Translations under genes and position numbers: made by a program
Part shown: positions 28,913 through 32,000 of the stretch, piece after piece
Layout: the number at the start of each line of letters is the position of its first letter
Position numbering within the stretch: the first letter of the stretch is position 1
Notes under the pieces: generated by a model
What the model was told of the DNA's origin: nothing
Databases searched by the model: none
The model's input: the letters and a program-made list of their open reading frames with translations, nothing else
NCBI RefSeq assembly: GCF_000011805.1
Contig: NC_006841.2
DNA: 32,000 bases
Source: Aliivibrio fischeri ES114
Lineage (GTDB): Bacteria; Pseudomonadota; Gammaproteobacteria; Enterobacterales; Vibrionaceae
Direction: 5' to 3' (one strand)

Positions 28913-28940
28913 ACATCACATAATTCATATAATGCGCACT
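28913..28940 (-). other. dif-like junction site 2 (intact XerC arm, degenerate XerD arm)
   Basis: ACATCACATAA-TTCATA-TAATGCGCACT; XerC arm 11/11, XerD arm 8/11 against ATTTAACATAA. Confidence 0.8.
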
Positions 28941-29003
28941 AGAATGTGGTAAATGAACATGAGGAATATGAGGAAATTTATTACGAAGTCTGTTTATAAA
29001 AAA

Positions 29004-29045
29004 ACCATGATGGAACACCATATCCATATGGTGTCCATCATGGGT
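29004..29045. repeat. Extended hairpin in head of unit 2
   Basis: ...ACACCATAT-CC-ATATGGTGT...; loop reduced to CC by an extra paired ATAT/ATAT. Confidence 0.8.
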
Positions 29046-29470
29046 AATTATCAACACAAGGCTAGTGGTGTCATTCGATAATTATAAAAAGATTTATTTG
29101 GCTAATAAATCTCTATTTATACTCTCACATATTAACATCTATAGTGTTGATGATTATGAAAAAAAAATAGCAAAAAATGCAATATTGATACGCGCTAGCG
29201 TATTAATTTAATCTTACGAGCCTTTCTGTCTATTAAATAGAAAAAGCGCCCATTTCTATAAATACATTGAACACTCATAAACAAACCTCAACACGTTTAA
29301 AACCTATCTTTAATGCAGCTCGCAAGCGGCTAAAAATACGCTCACCGCCTCGTTGGGCCTCTAAAACGTATTTATCAATCAAAAAGGTTATAACCAGAAC
29401 CTAGAGGATTAATTAATTACCATCTTTGCTTTTTTTAAAGAACATAATCAAATCTTAAATTTGATTGTTA

Positions 29471-29498
29471 ACATCACATAATTCATATAATGCGCACT
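29471..29498 (-). other. dif-like junction site 3 (mini-element/prophage boundary)
   Basis: ACATCACATAA-TTCATA-TAATGCGCACT, identical to junction 2. Confidence 0.8.
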
Positions 29499-29828
29499 AG
29501 AATGTGGTAAATGAACATGAGGAATATGAGGAAATTTATTACGAAGTCTGTTTATAAAAAAACCATGATGGAACACCATATCCATATGGTGTCCATCATG
29601 GGTAATTATCAACACAAAGGTGGTATTACTCGATAATTAAAAAGATTTATCTTTGGGGGTATAAATCTGTATTTAGATTCCCACATATTAGCAACAGTAG
29701 GTTCGTTGATTATGAAAAACAACAGCAAAAAAATGCAATATTGATACGCGCTAGCGTATTAATTTAATCTTACGAGCCTTTCTGTCTATCAAATAGAAAA
29801 AACGCCCATTTCTATAAATACATTGAAC
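29499..29828. repeat. Third, partial and more diverged copy of the unit head, contiguous with the prophage
   Basis: Homologous to 28382-28714; homology stops after '...ACATTGAAC'. Confidence 0.8.
29562..29603. repeat. Extended hairpin in head of the third copy
   Basis: Same sequence as the unit 2 hairpin. Confidence 0.8.
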
Positions 29829-29862
29829 CATTTTGTTATCCTTACTCATTTTTATAGATTAG

Positions 29863-29884
29863 GTTCGCTACGCTCAGCGAATCC
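29863..29884 (-). terminator. Hairpin just downstream of the zot stop codon
   Basis: GGTTCGCT-ACGCTC-AGCGAATCC stem; possible terminator but without a clear U-run. Confidence 0.45.
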
Positions 29885-29900
29885 ATAAAAATCGAGCTTA

Positions 29901-31085
29901 TTAAAAAACACTCGAGACATTAATCAATGAATCGTCTTTCTCTGATTTAATCGGCGCACCCCGACGAACTGGAGCTATTAAGGCTAACTGTCTTATCTTA
30001 TCAAAGACTAAAAACTCATTATAATCAGGCATTGAAAGCACCGAATAACGGTAACTGTAATTAAAAAGCTCAGTTGGTACAGAGCCTTGCTGTGATTCAA
30101 AATACACCGTTAAGCCTTTGAACTTATCAAAGCCAGTGGCAAAAATGCCCTTGTATTCTAAATCAGGGAATTGATTCACTATCTGATAATTCCCCCCATC
30201 ATAAGTGACGCTGTTATCTTGAAAGCAAATCCCACGAACACAAAAGCTAGGCAGCGAATGACTAGGAACTTGAGTAGAAGTAATGGTGCTTTGCTCATTT
30301 GTTGAAACCTGTTTTTCATAATTTCCCCCTGTAATTAACTCATTATCATAAAGACCATAAAATGAATAAGAGAACAAACTTATAATGAAAAGTGACAGGA
30401 TAACTATTTTTCTGTCTTTCCAGAAAGGCGTACCAGCTAACGTATCCCTAGCCTTGCCCGTTGTTGTGCTCTGATACATTTTAAAAACGTACTTAGGTAC
30501 TTTTTTAATCTCTCTGGTTGTAGCGTGAGAGTCTTGTAAGCCTGAATTGGTAGCATCATGGGTTGTTAAGGTAAATTTAGCTCCTAGACCCATTGTGGCG
30601 CGGTTAAAGTGCCTATAACCAATTTCCGCAGCGTCACGTATCATTCCATGAACCTTGCTAATATTCGGTGTTGTGAGGCAAATATCCCAACCATGGTGAC
30701 GATGCATATCAAATGCTACCTCAAAAGTTTCTGGACGCCCTTCTTCGACTAAATCTGAAGGTGTATCAAGAGCTTTTAGGTTGGCCATAGTTAATTTAGG
30801 CGACCAAATTCGACCGCATTCATCAATAAAAATAAACGCATCTTTAGGTGCCCAATGCCAAAACTTAGCAAGATGAATACGGCCATTAGGATGGTCCGTG
30901 TCTACAAAAATAAAAACAATATCCGATTCATTAATACCAAGGTGTTTAGCGATAACCCCTAGCTTTAAACCACGGATATTAGTAACTATAGGACGGCCTG
31001 ATTTAATCGCAGGAAGAAGCCTAAGCCAGAGTGCTCCCGATGTTTTATAAGAGCCAGGCGCGCCATGATGAACAAAGATACTCAT
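29901..31085 (-). CDS. zot: Zot-family (pI-like) inovirus assembly ATPase
   Basis: 'GAPGSYKTSGAL' Walker A, 'AFIFIDECG' Walker B, N-terminal Zot domain, transmembrane segment 'KIVILSLFIISLFSYSFYGLY'. Confidence 0.92.
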   Translation of the reverse strand: MSIFVHHGAPGSYKTSGALWLRLLPAIKSGRPIVTNIRGLKLGVIAKHLGINESDIVFIFVDTDHPNGRIHLAKFWHWAPKDAFIFIDECGRIWSPKLTMANLKALDTPSDLVEEGRPETFEVAFDMHRHHGWDICLTTPNISKVHGMIRDAAEIGYRHFNRATMGLGAKFTLTTHDATNSGLQDSHATTREIKKVPKYVFKMYQSTTTGKARDTLAGTPFWKDRKIVILSLFIISLFSYSFYGLYDNELITGGNYEKQVSTNEQSTITSTQVPSHSLPSFCVRGICFQDNSVTYDGGNYQIVNQFPDLEYKGIFATGFDKFKGLTVYFESQQGSVPTELFNYSYRYSVLSMPDYNEFLVFDKIRQLALIAPVRRGAPIKSEKDDSLINVSSVF

Positions 31086-31366
31086 AATTTAAAAACCTGA
31101 AGTGAAAAGCGAGTTAATAGAGCCTGAATTAAAATAGCAAATACTTTATCTAAACCAAGGTAAAACAGAATGCCACTATATTGTGGCGGTAACATATCTA
31201 TGGCAGATTGAATTTGAGGATAAATAGAAAACATAGAAACAATGTTATTAGATACATCCCAAAAGAATTTGATAATAAATAATTTGCTTTCTAAAAACAT
31301 CTCGGCTAATTCAATAACTAAAAAAGCCACACCATCAACAAACCAAGAGTAAATATAATCCAACAT
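31082..31366 (-). CDS. pVI/Ace-like minor coat protein (DUF2523-like)
   Basis: 94 aa, hydrophobic, overlaps the zot start by 4 nt. Confidence 0.78.
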   Translation of the reverse strand: MLDYIYSWFVDGVAFLVIELAEMFLESKLFIIKFFWDVSNNIVSMFSIYPQIQSAIDMLPPQYSGILFYLGLDKVFAILIQALLTRFSLQVFKL

Positions 31367-31372
31367 ATAGCG

Positions 31373-32000
31373 CTACCTTAAAAATATAATCATAGCTGCA
31401 AAGATATAAGCCGCAGCAAGTAATATCTTTCTAATTAAATCCAGATGCTCATTAAATACGGAAAAATCCAAACAGAAATTATAATCAAATGCATCGATAT
31501 AACTACAGAACGAAGGTATGGATGCATGACCAATAAACTCATGCTCTTTTGATTTTGATATTAACGATTCAATTTCATTTTTAAATTTAATTTTCGTTTG
31601 CTCATAACTATTTAATGCAGTTTGAATAGGAATAGAGCACGATTCTTGAGTACAGCTACCCATAACTAAAGAGCCTAATCCGCCTATTTCTGATTTAATT
31701 GAATTAAGAATACTTGTGTAATCTTTTCCACTCCCAGAGCCGCCGCTCCCAGAGTTCATATTGTCATTAATCAGCTTAATCGAAGCGTTAATATCTTGAA
31801 GATTATAATTGATATTTGAATTAGTCATTTCAAGGTTTTGAGAGAGGTTATCAATTTTATCATTAAGCTGAAGAAAGTTTTTATTATCAGAAGAATGAAA
31901 ACCAGAAAGTTGATCGCTCATTTGAATATATCGTTGTGTATTTCTATCCATAGATTCACGTAGATTTACATCTATAGAAGCTGCATATGATAACGTTTTT
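31373..32000 (-). CDS. pIII-like attachment/minor coat protein, truncated by the window edge
   Basis: Frame stays open upstream of the 31951 Met to position 32000; Gly/Ser linker 'GSGGSGSG' and C-terminal membrane anchor 'LIRKILLAAAYIFAAMIIFLR'; located upstream of pVI and zot. Confidence 0.7.
   Translation of the reverse strand, partial: KTLSYAASIDVNLRESMDRNTQRYIQMSDQLSGFHSSDNKNFLQLNDKIDNLSQNLEMTNSNINYNLQDINASIKLINDNMNSGSGGSGSGKDYTSILNSIKSEIGGLGSLVMGSCTQESCSIPIQTALNSYEQTKIKFKNEIESLISKSKEHEFIGHASIPSFCSYIDAFDYNFCLDFSVFNEHLDLIRKILLAAAYIFAAMIIFLR

Larger units (their letters stand above)
28382..28940. repeat. Mini-element unit 1 (559 bp from end of one XerC arm to end of the next)
   Basis: Tandem copy of 28941-29498; no convincing coding capacity; bounded by TAATGCGCACT. 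Confidence 0.85.
28941..29498. repeat. Mini-element unit 2 (558 bp)
   Basis: By eye identical to unit 1 beyond the first ~95 bp; differences lie in that head (a few substitutions and the hairpin loop). Confidence 0.85.
29499..32000 (-). mobile_element. Filamentous phage (inovirus) prophage, Zot-side end; continues past the window
   Basis: dif-like junction followed by intergenic region, then Zot-, pVI/Ace- and pIII-like genes in inovirus order on the minus strand. Confidence 0.85.

Noticed and set aside
28354-29828. CRISPR array or integron cassette repeats as explanation of the tandem repeats
   Set aside because: Units are ~559 bp, nearly identical throughout, without spacer structure or attC-type ends; Xer arms explain the boundaries better.

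Overview
AT-rich Vibrionaceae (Aliivibrio/Vibrio-like) chromosomal segment. From left to right it contains: a P4-type integrase with upstream TGGGGTAC repeats; a secreted LruC/GEVEDY protein plus lipoprotein pair; an EAL protein; a DUF2797-like protein; a DEAD-box helicase; ppnP; a PstS-like binding protein with a divergent AraC/SgrR regulator region; a divergent HemF-like protein; a complete vxrABCDE-like cell-wall stress operon (VxrD is a 53-aa YoaH-like ORF missing from the supplied track); mogA; a CHASE8/HAMP/PAS/GGDEF protein; a Pat/YfiQ-type protein acetyltransferase; a SPOR lipoprotein; ddl; a Cre-like tyrosine recombinase whose HxxR motif reads LSAR; a duplicated-domain small protein; and yciH (SUI1). 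The most interesting region is 28354-32000. A dif-like site (28354-28381) has both 11-bp Xer arms identical to Vibrio dif1. It is followed by two nearly identical 559/558-bp units with no convincing coding capacity, each bounded by the same XerC arm with a diverged XerD arm (junctions 28913-28940 and 29471-29498). A third head-homologous copy then runs into the Zot/pVI/pIII-like genes of an inovirus prophage, which leaves the window on the right. My working interpretation is a dif-integrated inovirus with a tandem array of tiny non-coding mini-elements (satellite or deletion-derivative IMEX). No database search was possible; all family names come from motif recognition.
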